Source: an uncultured Actinomycetota bacterium
Lineage (GTDB): Bacteria > Actinomycetota > Actinomycetes > Propionibacteriales > Propionibacteriaceae
NCBI GenBank assembly: GCA_963848845.1
Contig: CAWKFH010000003.1
Span: 257,471 to 321,470, forward strand
Direction: 5' to 3'
Length of the DNA: 64,000 bases
A program made the position numbers and the translations under genes. Under the pieces are notes generated by a model. It was not told the DNA's origin. It made no database searches and was given only the letters and a program-made list of their open reading frames with translations. This document shows positions 55,630 to 64,000 of the stretch, piece by piece. Position 1 is the stretch's first letter. Each line of letters starts with the position of its first letter.

Positions 55630-56226
55630 GTGATCCGCTTCGTGGTCCTCGACCTGGGCCAGGTGCTGTCGTCGCCCCAAGACCTCTACCGCGCCCCCGC
55701 CGCGCTTCTTGGGGTGGATCCCGCGGCCTACGAGGCCAGGTACTGGTCGCATCGTCGCGCTTACGACACCGGCGGCTCCGATGCGGAGTACTGGCAGGTG
55801 ATCCTCGAAGGGGTCGGCGTGCAGCCGTCCGAGGAGCTGGTCGGCGCTCTGGCCACGCTGGACGCCAACCTGTGGACCGAGCTGCGCCCGAGCGCCCGCC
55901 GGCTGCTGGCAACGGTCCGCAGCTGGGGCCCGGCGATGGCCCTACTGAGCAACGCCCCGCTGGTGCTCGGCGAGGCGGTCCGGCAAGCCGAGTGGGCGAC
56001 TCTCTTCGACCGGGTCTTCATTTCGGCCGAGCTCGGGGTGACCAAACCGGATCCGGCGATCTTCGAGATCGTCACGGCCGGGCTCGAGGTCGCGCCCGAT
56101 GAACTGGCCTTCATCGACGACCGTCCCGCCAACGTCGAGGCTGCCCTCGCGGCCGGCTGGAACGCCCACCTCTGGGTCGACGACGCGGACTCCATCGCCT
56201 GGCTCACCGAGGTTCTGGACCGCTGA
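55630..56226 (+). CDS. HAD-superfamily hydrolase (subfamily IA-like, 198 aa)
   Basis: Contains FVVLDLGQVL, LLSNAP, GVTKPDPAIF and AFIDDRPANVEAA. Confidence 0.75.
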   Translation: MIRFVVLDLGQVLSSPQDLYRAPAALLGVDPAAYEARYWSHRRAYDTGGSDAEYWQVILEGVGVQPSEELVGALATLDANLWTELRPSARRLLATVRSWGPAMALLSNAPLVLGEAVRQAEWATLFDRVFISAELGVTKPDPAIFEIVTAGLEVAPDELAFIDDRPANVEAALAAGWNAHLWVDDADSIAWLTEVLDR

Positions 56227-56231
56227 CCCCA

Positions 56232-56277
56232 CAAGCTGTGAGTTGGGCGCCGGTGTCGGCGCCCAACTCACAGCTTG
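56232..56277. terminator. Perfect 20-bp stem-loop between convergent genes (bidirectional terminator candidate)
   Basis: CAAGCTGTGAGTTGGGCGCC - ggtgtc - GGCGCCCAACTCACAGCTTG. It starts 6 nt after the HAD gene stop. Confidence 0.6.
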
Positions 56278-56295
56278 CGACGGGGAGTGGGCGGG

Positions 56296-57660
56296 TCAGC
56301 GCAGCGGCAGGTAGAACGTGCCCGCAGTCTGCTGCCGGCCATCCCAGCCGCCGAAGACCAGGACGCCGTCGGGGCCGGCCCCGACGGACTGGCCCAGCAG
56401 GTTGCCTGCCGGAGGCGGGGACAGCTCAGTCCAGGTGCCTGCCGCCGGGTCGAGCAGGTGACCCGAGGCAAGCAGCAGGTTGCCGGCCACCGAGGTGTTG
56501 CTCCAAGCCTGGATGACGCCCTCACCGGCCGGCAGCTCGGGCAACCGCGTCCACAACCCTGTGGCCGGGTGGTAGATGCCACCCATCGGGTAGCTGCGGC
56601 CCCAGTTGCCCACCTCGCCGCCGTCCGCGGAACCCGGTTCGGGCCAGACCACCAGGTCACCGACCGTGGTGGCGCCGCCTCCGATCACCTCGGAGTCCGG
56701 AAGGCGCCGCCACGTCCGGGTGCTGAAGTCGTACTCGGCCAGCCGCGCCACCGCGGGCTTCTCCGAACCCGGGTTGGACACCAACTCCTTGGCGGCCAGC
56801 AGCAGCTTGCCGTCCGCCCAGACCGCCCGCCTGTCGAAGCTCGGCCCCAGCGGGTCGACCGGAAGCGAGGACCACTGGCCGCTTGCGGGGTCGTAGATCT
56901 CGCATTCAGCTTCGTCCTGCTCGTCGCTGTAGCCGATGCTCACCAGGACACCGCCGGCAGCCACCAGTTCGCCGTCGCCGGCGTTGCCTGGCAGCGTCGC
57001 CCACGCATTCGCTGCGGGGTCGTAGCTCACGACGGTCTGTCCGCTCTGGGACGAGACCCGGTAGTACAGCTTCCCGAGGACGGCGACCGGGGCCGTCTCG
57101 GAGATTTCCACCGGCGCGGTCGCGATGCGCTGCCAGGTGCCCGTCACCGGGTCGTAGCTGGCCCCGTCCCGCAGCCGCTGGCTGGGGGCCGGGCAACTCG
57201 CAGCACGCGGGCAGGGGGCGTCCAGCTGGCCGCCGACCAGGTAGAACCTGCCGCCGAGCCATGCCCCCGACGCGTAGCTCCGCGGCGTCAGCGGGGAGCT
57301 GGAAACCTTGCTCCAGTCACCGGGGGTCCTGGTGACCTCTGCGGGCTTGTCGGCGGAGCCGAGCCGGTCCTCCGCGTCCATCGGCGCAGCTCCACCGGCA
57401 GCCTCGGGAATTCCGGCAACGGTCGTCGACGAAGGGCTGGCTCCGCCCAGCTGCGGCAGGATCACCGCACCGGCCGTGGCCACGACCACCAGGGCGGCAG
57501 CAGCAGCAAGGCCCTTCGTCCAGCGGCCGCGGCTGGCGATGGCCGGCCCGGCGGCAGCCTTGAGCTCCTCGGGGTCCAGCGGACGAAACGACTCGACCGG
57601 AACCGAGCCGCGCAGTCCCTCGGTGAAGGCCCGCTCCTCACGCTCGAAGTCCTCAGCCAT
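56296..57660 (-). CDS. Single-pass membrane protein with an extracytoplasmic Kelch-like beta-propeller; probable anti-sigma or sigma-associated partner (454 aa)
   Basis: It overlaps the ECF sigma gene by 8 nt. The TM helix is GLAAAAALVVVATAGAVILP. Repeats include GGRFYLVGGQ, LGKLYYRV, AAGGVLVSIG, ADGKLLLAA, AGNLLLASG and DGVLVFGGWDG. Confidence 0.6.
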   Translation of the reverse strand: MAEDFEREERAFTEGLRGSVPVESFRPLDPEELKAAAGPAIASRGRWTKGLAAAAALVVVATAGAVILPQLGGASPSSTTVAGIPEAAGGAAPMDAEDRLGSADKPAEVTRTPGDWSKVSSSPLTPRSYASGAWLGGRFYLVGGQLDAPCPRAASCPAPSQRLRDGASYDPVTGTWQRIATAPVEISETAPVAVLGKLYYRVSSQSGQTVVSYDPAANAWATLPGNAGDGELVAAGGVLVSIGYSDEQDEAECEIYDPASGQWSSLPVDPLGPSFDRRAVWADGKLLLAAKELVSNPGSEKPAVARLAEYDFSTRTWRRLPDSEVIGGGATTVGDLVVWPEPGSADGGEVGNWGRSYPMGGIYHPATGLWTRLPELPAGEGVIQAWSNTSVAGNLLLASGHLLDPAAGTWTELSPPPAGNLLGQSVGAGPDGVLVFGGWDGRQQTAGTFYLPLR

Positions 57661-58204
57661 GCTCGCCGACCTCCAGCTTGGCCCGCAGGGCGAGCAGTGC
57701 CCGGTGGACGTGGGAGCGCGCCGTCCCCTCGGGGCAGCCGAGGATGTCGGCGATCTCTGCGAAGGTCCGGTCCTCGTAGAACCGCAGCACGACGGCCGCC
57801 CGCTGGATCGGGGGCAACTCGCCGCACAACCGCAGGGCCTGGTCGGCGTCCGCGACGGCCTGGGACGCGTCAGGGGTAACCGGCGCCGGACCGACCAGCG
57901 ACGGGTCGGCCGTTGGGAAGACCCGGCGGACCTTCCGCCACGCCGAGACGTGGGCGTTCACAATGCTGCGCCGCACATAGGCGTCCACCGCGCCCCGGGC
58001 TGCGATCTGCCGCCAGCGCGGATACAGCCCCAGAAGGGCATCCTGCACCGCGTCGTGGGCGTCTTCGGAGTTGCGGGTGACCAGATAGGCGAAGCGCAGC
58101 AACGCGGCCGAGCGGGTGGTCACGTAGTCCTCGAAATCGCCAACGCCGGCGTCAGCGACCACCGCGATCGGCTCGCTCACGCCAACCCCCGTCCAGACCG
58201 TCAC
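57653..58204 (-). CDS. ECF sigma factor (SigE-type sigma-70 family, 183 aa)
   Basis: Region 2 is FEDYVTTRSAALLRFAYLVTRNSEDAHDAVQDALLGLYPRW. Region 4 is RAAVVLRFYEDRTFAEIADILGCPEGTARSHVHRALLALR. Confidence 0.85.
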   Translation of the reverse strand: MTVWTGVGVSEPIAVVADAGVGDFEDYVTTRSAALLRFAYLVTRNSEDAHDAVQDALLGLYPRWRQIAARGAVDAYVRRSIVNAHVSAWRKVRRVFPTADPSLVGPAPVTPDASQAVADADQALRLCGELPPIQRAAVVLRFYEDRTFAEIADILGCPEGTARSHVHRALLALRAKLEVGEHG

Positions 58205-58239
58205 CCATTCAACACGCGCCGGCCACCCGGAACGTTGCG

Positions 58240-59286
58240 TTACTCGCCCGGGTAACGCACCCGGACCTGGGACCGGATCTCGTCCAGCACCTCAATGATG
58301 GCCACAGTTTCGTCCAGCGGCAGCCGCGGCGACTCGGTGAACCCATCGGCGACCAGTTGCGCGAAGTGCGCGGCCTCGTACGCCAACCCCTGGTGTCCCA
58401 CCAGCTCCGGCGTCGCGCTGGTGATGCTGACCCCGGACGGGGCTACCAGCCGAACCCGTCCCGGAGCGTAGAAGTCGCCGTCCAGCTCGATCCGGCCGAG
58501 GCTGCCACTGATGCTTGCAGTCGTCGGCGTCTTCGCGGCCAGGGTGCAGCTGACCAGCGCCTGGGCGTTCGGGTTGGTCGGGAAGCGGGTCAGTTGCGCA
58601 GACACCTGCCGGTCGACCCCGGTCTCGGTGAGCGCCCCGGTGGCGAACACCGCGCTCGGCACTCCGAGCGCGAAGGCTGCGAACGAGATCGGGTAGATGC
58701 CAAGGTCGAGCAGGGCCCCGCCGGCCAACTCTGGCAGGTGCAGCCGGGGTGCCCGGTCGGCCGGCAGCAGCTGCCCGTGGTCGGCGATGAGTGTTTCGAG
58801 GGAGCCCAGGACGCCGTCGGCGAGCAACTGCCTGACGATGTCGGTCCGCGGCAGGAACCGTGTCCACATCGCCTCCATCAGCGCCACCTGCTGCTTGCGG
58901 GCTGCGGCCACCACCCGGCGCGCCTCCTTGGCGTTCCGGGTGAACGCCTTCTCCACCAGCACGTGCTTGCCGGCTTCGATGGCCAGCAGCGCCTGCGCGG
59001 CGTGCTCACTGTGCGGGGACGCGACGTAGACCGCCTGCACTTTGGGGTCGGCGACGAGCTCGGCGTAGGAGCCGTAGACGGTCGGGACGCCGAACTCGGC
59101 GGCGAACGCCCGGCCCCGTTCGAGCGAGCGCGAGCCCACCGCCACCACCCGTTGCCGGGTCGAGGCGCGGAGCGCGGAAGCGAAGAGCCGGGCGATCCCG
59201 CCGGGGGCGATGATCCCCCAGTTCAGCGGCGGCGCCTCGACCGGATCGGGCACGCGGGAGGGCGGCAGGAACGTCGTAAAGGCCAT
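58240..59286 (-). CDS. Gfo/Idh/MocA-family NAD(P)-dependent oxidoreductase (348 aa)
   Basis: Rossmann motif WGIIAPGGIARLF is present with VYVASPHSEHAAQALLAIEAGKHVLVEKAF. Confidence 0.85.
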   Translation of the reverse strand: MAFTTFLPPSRVPDPVEAPPLNWGIIAPGGIARLFASALRASTRQRVVAVGSRSLERGRAFAAEFGVPTVYGSYAELVADPKVQAVYVASPHSEHAAQALLAIEAGKHVLVEKAFTRNAKEARRVVAAARKQQVALMEAMWTRFLPRTDIVRQLLADGVLGSLETLIADHGQLLPADRAPRLHLPELAGGALLDLGIYPISFAAFALGVPSAVFATGALTETGVDRQVSAQLTRFPTNPNAQALVSCTLAAKTPTTASISGSLGRIELDGDFYAPGRVRLVAPSGVSITSATPELVGHQGLAYEAAHFAQLVADGFTESPRLPLDETVAIIEVLDEIRSQVRVRYPGE

Positions 59287-59358
59287 GCAGCAAACCTACG
59301 AGCACGAACGACGGATGCGCCAGCGGCTACACCCTTGCACCCGCAGCCCCGGCGATCC

Positions 59359-59378
59359 TAGAATGTAAGATATCTAAC
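59359..59378 (+). promoter_or_regulatory. Candidate -10 (TAGAAT) and adjoining palindromic operator of the MarR gene
   Basis: TAGAAT lies at 59359-59364. It is followed by GTAAGATATCTAAC (59365-59378; core AGATATCT is a perfect palindrome). This AT-rich island sits about 20 nt upstream of the GGGGAGG RBS and GTG 59399. Confidence 0.4.
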
Positions 59379-59398
59379 TACCTCGAAGGGGAGGTCAG

Positions 59399-59872
59399 GT
59401 GCGAACGCCAGCGCCGGCCGATCGCCTCGACGCCGCGATCAGCGGCTTCATGCGGTACTTCCTGGTCTACGTGAACCCGATCATCCATCGCACCGAGTAC
59501 CGGGGACGGTCCTACTCCGAGTTGGAGATCATCGTCTGCATGGCGCTCAGCGTGGTCGGCCCGACGCGCCCCGGCGGCCTCAGCCGGGGCCTGCGGATCG
59601 AGAAGGGCAGCCTCACCTCGGTGATCCGGCGGCTGCGCGAGCTCGGCCTGATCGAGCGCACCGCCGTCGTCGGCGACGAGCGCGGCTACCGGGTCTCGCT
59701 CACCGTGGCCGGCGACCAGCTCATCGAACACCTCGCCGAGCAGCGCCGCCAAGGCTTCGAGGAGTTGTTCGCCACCATGGACCCCGGGGACGCGGAAGCA
59801 GCCGCCGCTGGCGTCGACCTCCTGACGACTCACCTCAAGAGAAGGGACGAAGGACATGGCCGGGTGGGCTAG
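59399..59872 (+). CDS. MarR-family transcriptional regulator (157 aa)
   Basis: The wHTH segment is LSRGLRIEKGSLTSVIRRLRELGLIERTAVVGDERGYRVSLT. Confidence 0.8.
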   Translation: MRTPAPADRLDAAISGFMRYFLVYVNPIIHRTEYRGRSYSELEIIVCMALSVVGPTRPGGLSRGLRIEKGSLTSVIRRLRELGLIERTAVVGDERGYRVSLTVAGDQLIEHLAEQRRQGFEELFATMDPGDAEAAAAGVDLLTTHLKRRDEGHGRVG

Positions 59873-60812
59873 GCGCAAGCAGGTCCAGTTGGTCGACTGG
59901 CGAAAGGCGGCCGACCCCGACGACCTCAGGGAGTACGACGCGTTCGGCCCCTGGATCGACCAGGTGCGTTCGGAGATCGGCATGCCGAGGGTCTTCCGGT
60001 CCCACTACCCCGAGTTCGGCGACGCCCGGTTCCTGCTCAAGATCCCCCGAGCCATCGACCGGGCCGCCGCCCGCCCGGGCATGGACCTGTACGCGGCGGT
60101 CCTTGCCGTCCACGATCGGGGGGTCTGCCTGCTGCGGCACGAGGACGGCAACGTCACCCGCCAGGACGCTGCCTGGACGCAGGTGGTCGCCTGTGGGACC
60201 TACACGAACCTGCTGCTCGCCCGCTGGTCACTGCTGCTGTCGGACGGCTCCGCGATCCACGTCAAGCACAACAGCGTCGGCGCCCCCATGCTGGCGAAGG
60301 TCACCCAGTTCGTGAGAACCCGCATCGTTAACGACGTCGAACCGTCCACCCAGCCCATGCTGCCGTCCGTGCCCGTGCCCCAGGACTTCTTCGGCAGCAA
60401 GCTGGCAAACCTCAAGTGGACCTTTCCCGCCCCGGTCGTCCCGGTCCATGTCGAACCCAGGAACCGGCTCTGCCGCGACCAGCGAAATCGGCGGCGCCTG
60501 TCCACGGGAGTCATGGTCGTCGACACCCCGCGGGAACTGGTCCTCGTCAGCTGCGGCGAACCGCTGCGCCCGTTGTTCATGCCGAACTACGCCACGAACG
60601 TGCTGATCGTGCCGTACGGCGGCCTGACCTCATTCGACGTCGTCCCGCCGGCCGCCGGCAGGCCGCAGACCTTCAGGTCCCTCGTGTTGCGTGCCGGGAG
60701 CCAGGTGATCACCCAGCCCTGCCTCGATCACCCAGGGCCGGCGGTGACCGCCCTGGCCGCCCGCGGCGTGCCGCAGGGCGCCCCCGCGGAGGCGGCCGTC
60801 GGACTCAGGTGA
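59856..60812 (+). CDS. Hypothetical protein (318 aa), overlaps and is probably co-transcribed with the MarR gene
   Basis: A long ORF with GC3-rich, balanced composition. ATG 59856 lies inside the marR 3' end. No family recognised. Confidence 0.55.
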   Translation: MAGWARRKQVQLVDWRKAADPDDLREYDAFGPWIDQVRSEIGMPRVFRSHYPEFGDARFLLKIPRAIDRAAARPGMDLYAAVLAVHDRGVCLLRHEDGNVTRQDAAWTQVVACGTYTNLLLARWSLLLSDGSAIHVKHNSVGAPMLAKVTQFVRTRIVNDVEPSTQPMLPSVPVPQDFFGSKLANLKWTFPAPVVPVHVEPRNRLCRDQRNRRRLSTGVMVVDTPRELVLVSCGEPLRPLFMPNYATNVLIVPYGGLTSFDVVPPAAGRPQTFRSLVLRAGSQVITQPCLDHPGPAVTALAARGVPQGAPAEAAVGLR

Positions 60813-61800
60813 GGGTGGCCACGAGGATCGCCTTGATCGAGTGCATCCGGTTCTCGGCCTGGTCGAAGACGATCGAGGCCGACGACTCGAACACCTCATC
60901 GGTGACCTCGAGCTCCGGCAGCCCGAAGCGCGAGTAGACCGCCTCACCGACCTCGGTGTCCCGGTTGTGGTAGGCGGGCAGGCAATGCATGAACTTCACC
61001 TCGGACACCCCGGTGCGCTCCAGCAGGGCAGCGTTCACCTGGTAGTCGCGCAGCAACAGGATGCGCTCGGTCCACACGCTCTCCGGCTCACCCATCGACA
61101 CCCAGATGTCGGTGTGGATGAACTGGCAGCCCTGCACGCCGTCGAGGTCCTCGGTGAAGGTGATCCTGGCTCCGGTGTCCGCTGCGATCCGGCGGGCCGT
61201 GGCGATCACCTCGGCCGGCGGTTGCAGCTTGTCCGGCGCCACCAGCCGGACGTCCATGCCGAGCAGGGCGCCCCCGATCAGCAGCGAACAGCCGACGTTG
61301 AACCGGGCGTCACCGACAAAGGCGAACGCGATGTCGTGGTCGTCAAGGCCGGAGGCCTCCCGCATCGTGAACATGTCGCACAGGCTCTGGGTCGGGTGCC
61401 ACTCATCGGTCAGCCCGTTCCAGACCGGGACGTCAGAGTAGCGAGCGATCTTCTCCACCGTCGACTGGTGGGCACCGCGGTACTCGATGCCGTCGAACAG
61501 CCGCGACAGCACCCTTGCCGTGTCCGCAGGTGACTCCTTGTGGCCCAGCTGGGAGGAGTTGCCGTCCATCTGGGTCACGTGGGCGCCCTGTTGGTGCGCT
61601 GCGACCTCGAAGGCGCTGCGGGTACGGGTGGACGTCTTCTCGAAGATCAGCGCGAGGTTCATGCCACCCAACAGCTGCAGTTCGGTGCCGGCCTTGCGGG
61701 CGGCCTTCAACTGCGCGGTCAGCGTGAGCAGCTCAAGCCACTGCTCCGGGGTGAAGTCCTGCTCCTTGAGGAAGTGCCGGCCGGTCAGACTGTTGGCCAC
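60805..61800 (-). CDS. argF: Ornithine carbamoyltransferase (331 aa)
   Basis: Contains [21 protein letters not shown] and [14 protein letters not shown]...[12 protein letters not shown] start. Confidence 0.9.
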   Translation of the reverse strand: MANSLTGRHFLKEQDFTPEQWLELLTLTAQLKAARKAGTELQLLGGMNLALIFEKTSTRTRSAFEVAAHQQGAHVTQMDGNSSQLGHKESPADTARVLSRLFDGIEYRGAHQSTVEKIARYSDVPVWNGLTDEWHPTQSLCDMFTMREASGLDDHDIAFAFVGDARFNVGCSLLIGGALLGMDVRLVAPDKLQPPAEVIATARRIAADTGARITFTEDLDGVQGCQFIHTDIWVSMGEPESVWTERILLLRDYQVNAALLERTGVSEVKFMHCLPAYHNRDTEVGEAVYSRFGLPELEVTDEVFESSASIVFDQAENRMHSIKAILVATLT

Positions 61801-61852
61801 CTTGTGCCTTTCTCGATCTCATTCGATGGGAGAACTCTGCCAGAGTCCGAAG

Positions 61853-61952
61853 AGGAACGAACTGCGAGGAACAGACGACGACCGCCCCGGCGCGTCAGCG
61901 GCGGGAAGGGAGGAGTCCTGACGAGCAGTCAGGAACGAACTGCGAGGAACAG
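61853..61952. repeat. Two identical 22-nt direct repeats, AGGAACGAACTGCGAGGAACAG, 78 bp apart in the argF/holin-like divergent region
   Basis: 61853-61874 and 61931-61952 are identical. Confidence 0.75.
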
Positions 61953-62000
61953 GAGCCAACGCGGACGGCGATGTCGCCGTCCATGGAGAGACATGACAGC

Positions 62001-62390
62001 ATGGAGGCCATGCTCGTTCGTTTCCTCGCCAGCGCCGCGGCACTGGCGGTTGCCACCTGGGTGCTGCCCGGGATCACGCTCGCTGACAACGACGTCTCGA
62101 GCAAGGCGATCACCATGCTCGTGGTGGCGGCGATCTTCGGGGTGGTGAACAGCATCATCAAGCCGCTGTTCAAGTTCGTCAGCGCCCCGCTGATCCTGAT
62201 CACGCTCGGCCTGTTCCTGCTGGTCATCAACGCTGGCCTGCTGCTGCTGGTCTCCTGGGCCGCCGAGCAGCTGCACCTGGGCTGGCACGTCGAGGACTGG
62301 GGTTCAGCGGTTTGGGGGGCGTTGATCGTCTCCGTCGTCAGCTTCGTCCTGAACGCGTTCTTCAACAAACGCGGCGAGAACCACCGGTGA
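62001..62390 (+). CDS. Small 4-TM membrane protein of the 'phage holin family / superfamily IV' type (about 129 aa; longest ORF starts at 61971)
   Basis: Reads LVRFLASAAALAVATWVLPGITL...VVAAIFGVVNSIIKPLFKFVSAPLILITLGLFLLVINAGLLLLVSW. GGAGAG lies 10 nt upstream of ATG 62001. Confidence 0.7.
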   Translation: MEAMLVRFLASAAALAVATWVLPGITLADNDVSSKAITMLVVAAIFGVVNSIIKPLFKFVSAPLILITLGLFLLVINAGLLLLVSWAAEQLHLGWHVEDWGSAVWGALIVSVVSFVLNAFFNKRGENHR

Positions 62391-62860
62391 GCGTGGACAT
62401 CAAGTTCATCTGCTGGGGCAATATCTGCCGCTCACCCATGGCCGAGGTGGTGGCGAAAGCGCACGCCGCACGGGAGAGGCTCAAGGGTGTCACCTTCAGC
62501 AGCGCCGGCGTCAGCGCCGAGGAAGCCGGCCACCCGATGGACCCACGGGCGGCGGCGACGCTGCGGGCCGCCGGCTACACCCCGGGGCCCTTCACCGCCC
62601 ACCGGATCACCGTCGAAGAGGTCCATTCGGCAGCGATCCTGATCGGGATGGAGCAGCTGCACCTGGAGAAGCTGCGCCAGCTTGTGCCGGGAGCCCACCA
62701 CCTCTACCTGCTCAGCGACTTCGACCGCGACGCGGTTCCGGGTTCGGCGATCGAGGACCCCTGGTACGGCGACGACTCCGACTTCGAGATCACCCTGAAG
62801 GAGATCGAGGCGGCAATGCCGGAAGTACTCAAACGGGCAGCGGAACTGGCCGCCGGATAG
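62387..62860 (+). CDS. Low-molecular-weight protein-tyrosine (or arsenate-reductase-like) phosphatase, 157 aa
   Basis: GTG 62387 overlaps the upstream stop (GTGA). The P-loop is ICWGNICRSPMAE (C-x5-R-S), and DPWYG is present. Confidence 0.85.
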   Translation: MSVDIKFICWGNICRSPMAEVVAKAHAARERLKGVTFSSAGVSAEEAGHPMDPRAAATLRAAGYTPGPFTAHRITVEEVHSAAILIGMEQLHLEKLRQLVPGAHHLYLLSDFDRDAVPGSAIEDPWYGDDSDFEITLKEIEAAMPEVLKRAAELAAG

Positions 62861-62935
62861 GCTTCCGGGCAGTCGTCCGGCTGGATCCGGGACTGTCAGG
62901 AACCAAGCCCGCCCCGCGCATGGCAGGCTGGGGCC

Positions 62936-63625
62936 ATGCATATCCTCGTTGTCGATGACGACCAGGCGGTCCGCGATTCGCTGGCCCGGTCGCTGCACTA
63001 CTCCGGTTGGGAAGTCACGACGGCCAGCGACGGGATCGAGGCCCTGGCCCGATTGTCGGCGATGCGCCCGGACGCCGTCATCATGGATGTGATGATGCCC
63101 CGGCTCGACGGCCTGGAGACCACCCGTTCGCTGCGGGCCTCCGGCAACGACGTGCCGATCCTTGTGCTCACCGCGCGGGACGCCGTCGGGGACCGGGTGG
63201 ACGGCCTCGACGCCGGCGCCGACGACTACATGGCCAAGCCGTTCTCCTTCGAGGAGCTTCAGGCCCGGCTGCGGGCACTGACCCGGCGGGTGCGGCCGGC
63301 CAACGACGATTCGGGTGCCGACCTGCTGTCGTTCGCCGACCTCAGTCTCGACCTGCAGACCCGCGAGGTCACCCGTAGCGGGCGCCGGATCAGCCTGACC
63401 CGCACCGAGTTCGCGCTGTTGCAGACCTTCCTGGAGAACCCGCGTCGAGTGCTGGAACGAAGCTGGCTGCTGAACGAGGTCTGGGGGTTCGACTTCCCGA
63501 CCACGGCCAACTCGCTCGAGGTGTACATCGGGTACCTGCGCCGCAAGACCGAGGGTGAGGGTGAGTCCAGGCTGATCCACACCGTGCGCGGCATCGGATA
63601 TGTGCTGCGCGAGACCCCACCGTGA
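62936..63625 (+). CDS. OmpR-family response regulator (MprA-like, 229 aa)
   Basis: The receiver is [14 protein letters not shown]...[16 protein letters not shown]...LVLTARD...DDYMAKPF. The wHTH is [20 protein letters not shown]...VYIGYLRRK...[11 protein letters not shown]. Confidence 0.9.
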   Translation: MHILVVDDDQAVRDSLARSLHYSGWEVTTASDGIEALARLSAMRPDAVIMDVMMPRLDGLETTRSLRASGNDVPILVLTARDAVGDRVDGLDAGADDYMAKPFSFEELQARLRALTRRVRPANDDSGADLLSFADLSLDLQTREVTRSGRRISLTRTEFALLQTFLENPRRVLERSWLLNEVWGFDFPTTANSLEVYIGYLRRKTEGEGESRLIHTVRGIGYVLRETPP

Positions 63626-64000
63626 TCCGCTGGTTGCGATCAGTCCTTTCGGTCAGTAACCGGCCCCTCCACGACCGGCTCACCGCGCTGATCTCGGCTG
63701 CGGTGGCCGGGGCGGTCGCCATCACCGGCATCGCCGCCTACGTGATCACCACTGTGGCCGTTTACGACCAGCTGGATCGGGAACTGGTCGACATCGCCGC
63801 CGTGACCAGCAACTGGATCTCCGGTGACATCGAGAGCATGGGTGGGCTGAACAGCGACGCGTTGGCGACCGCCAACGTCACCGTGCTGGTGATCCGCTCC
63901 GACAACCGGACGATCGCGCCGCCGGGAGCCACCACCGTGCTGGTGCCGAGCGCGCGCGAGATGGCGGTCGCCCGCACGCAGACCGGCTCGTCGGCGCGCA
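63622..64000 (+). CDS. Probable cognate sensor histidine kinase, N-terminal part only (runs off the window)
   Basis: GTG 63622 overlaps the regulator's stop (GTGA). The TM helix is [28 protein letters not shown], followed by an extracytoplasmic segment. The kinase core is not in the window, so the call rests on position. Confidence 0.55.
   Translation, partial: MIRWLRSVLSVSNRPLHDRLTALISAAVAGAVAITGIAAYVITTVAVYDQLDRELVDIAAVTSNWISGDIESMGGLNSDALATANVTVLVIRSDNRTIAPPGATTVLVPSAREMAVARTQTGSSAR

Noticed and set aside
61971-62390. A 'phage holin family' membrane protein as evidence of a prophage
   Set aside because: No other phage genes (terminase, capsid, integrase, lysin) lie nearby. This 4-TM family is common in actinobacterial chromosomes. 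It is GTGA-coupled to a housekeeping-type LMW phosphatase.

Overview
Very GC-rich, gene-dense chromosomal segment. It looks actinobacterial: LAxTG sorting signal, SigE-type ECF sigma, MprA-like response regulator, and many ATGA/GTGA-coupled genes. All product calls come from motifs read by eye in the translations; no HMM or BLAST search was possible.

(1) 876-16924 (minus) is one ~16-kb, ~5,300-codon sortase-substrate surface adhesin gene. It has a signal peptide, about 14 Cys-pair beta-sandwich modules, about 28 DUF11-like repeats arranged as an (A-B-C)n super-repeat, and an LAYTG anchor. Its reading frame is broken four times.

(2) 17404-28026 is a complete Tad/Flp pilus locus (tad-1). TadG-like vWA, TadE and a vWA/TM protein lie on the minus strand. 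flp, cpaB, tadZ, tadA, tadB, tadC and tadV lie on the plus strand.

(3) 44758-53053 (minus) is a second, differently organised Tad-like operon (tad-2). Its order is SAF/CpaB-like, degenerate ParA-like, CpaF-like ATPase, TadB, TadC, an unlisted 58-codon Flp-like pilin, two TadE-like genes, then a LysM membrane protein and a SARP/BTAD regulator. The last two look like one frameshifted gene. A sigma-70-family gene is divergently transcribed at 53302.

The rest is ordinary housekeeping or accessory content:
- metabolism: GNAT, USP, COG2403-type protein plus ornithine aminotransferase, citrate synthase, class I fumarase, GDPD, alpha/beta hydrolase, HAD, Gfo/Idh/MocA oxidoreductase, ornithine carbamoyltransferase, LMW-PTP
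- envelope and transport: YceI, DMT and AEC transporters, PQQ-propeller/membrane pair, DsbA-like protein, a holin-family membrane protein
- regulation: ECF sigma with a Kelch-like anti-sigma, MarR, and an OmpR-type two-component pair running off the right edge

The most notable non-coding signal is a family of TGTCCYC-N3-5-CGGGTGAC palindromes. It occurs in every intergenic gap of the tad-1/adhesin locus and, by eye, nowhere else in the window. No rRNA, tRNA, CRISPR, transposase or integrase was seen.
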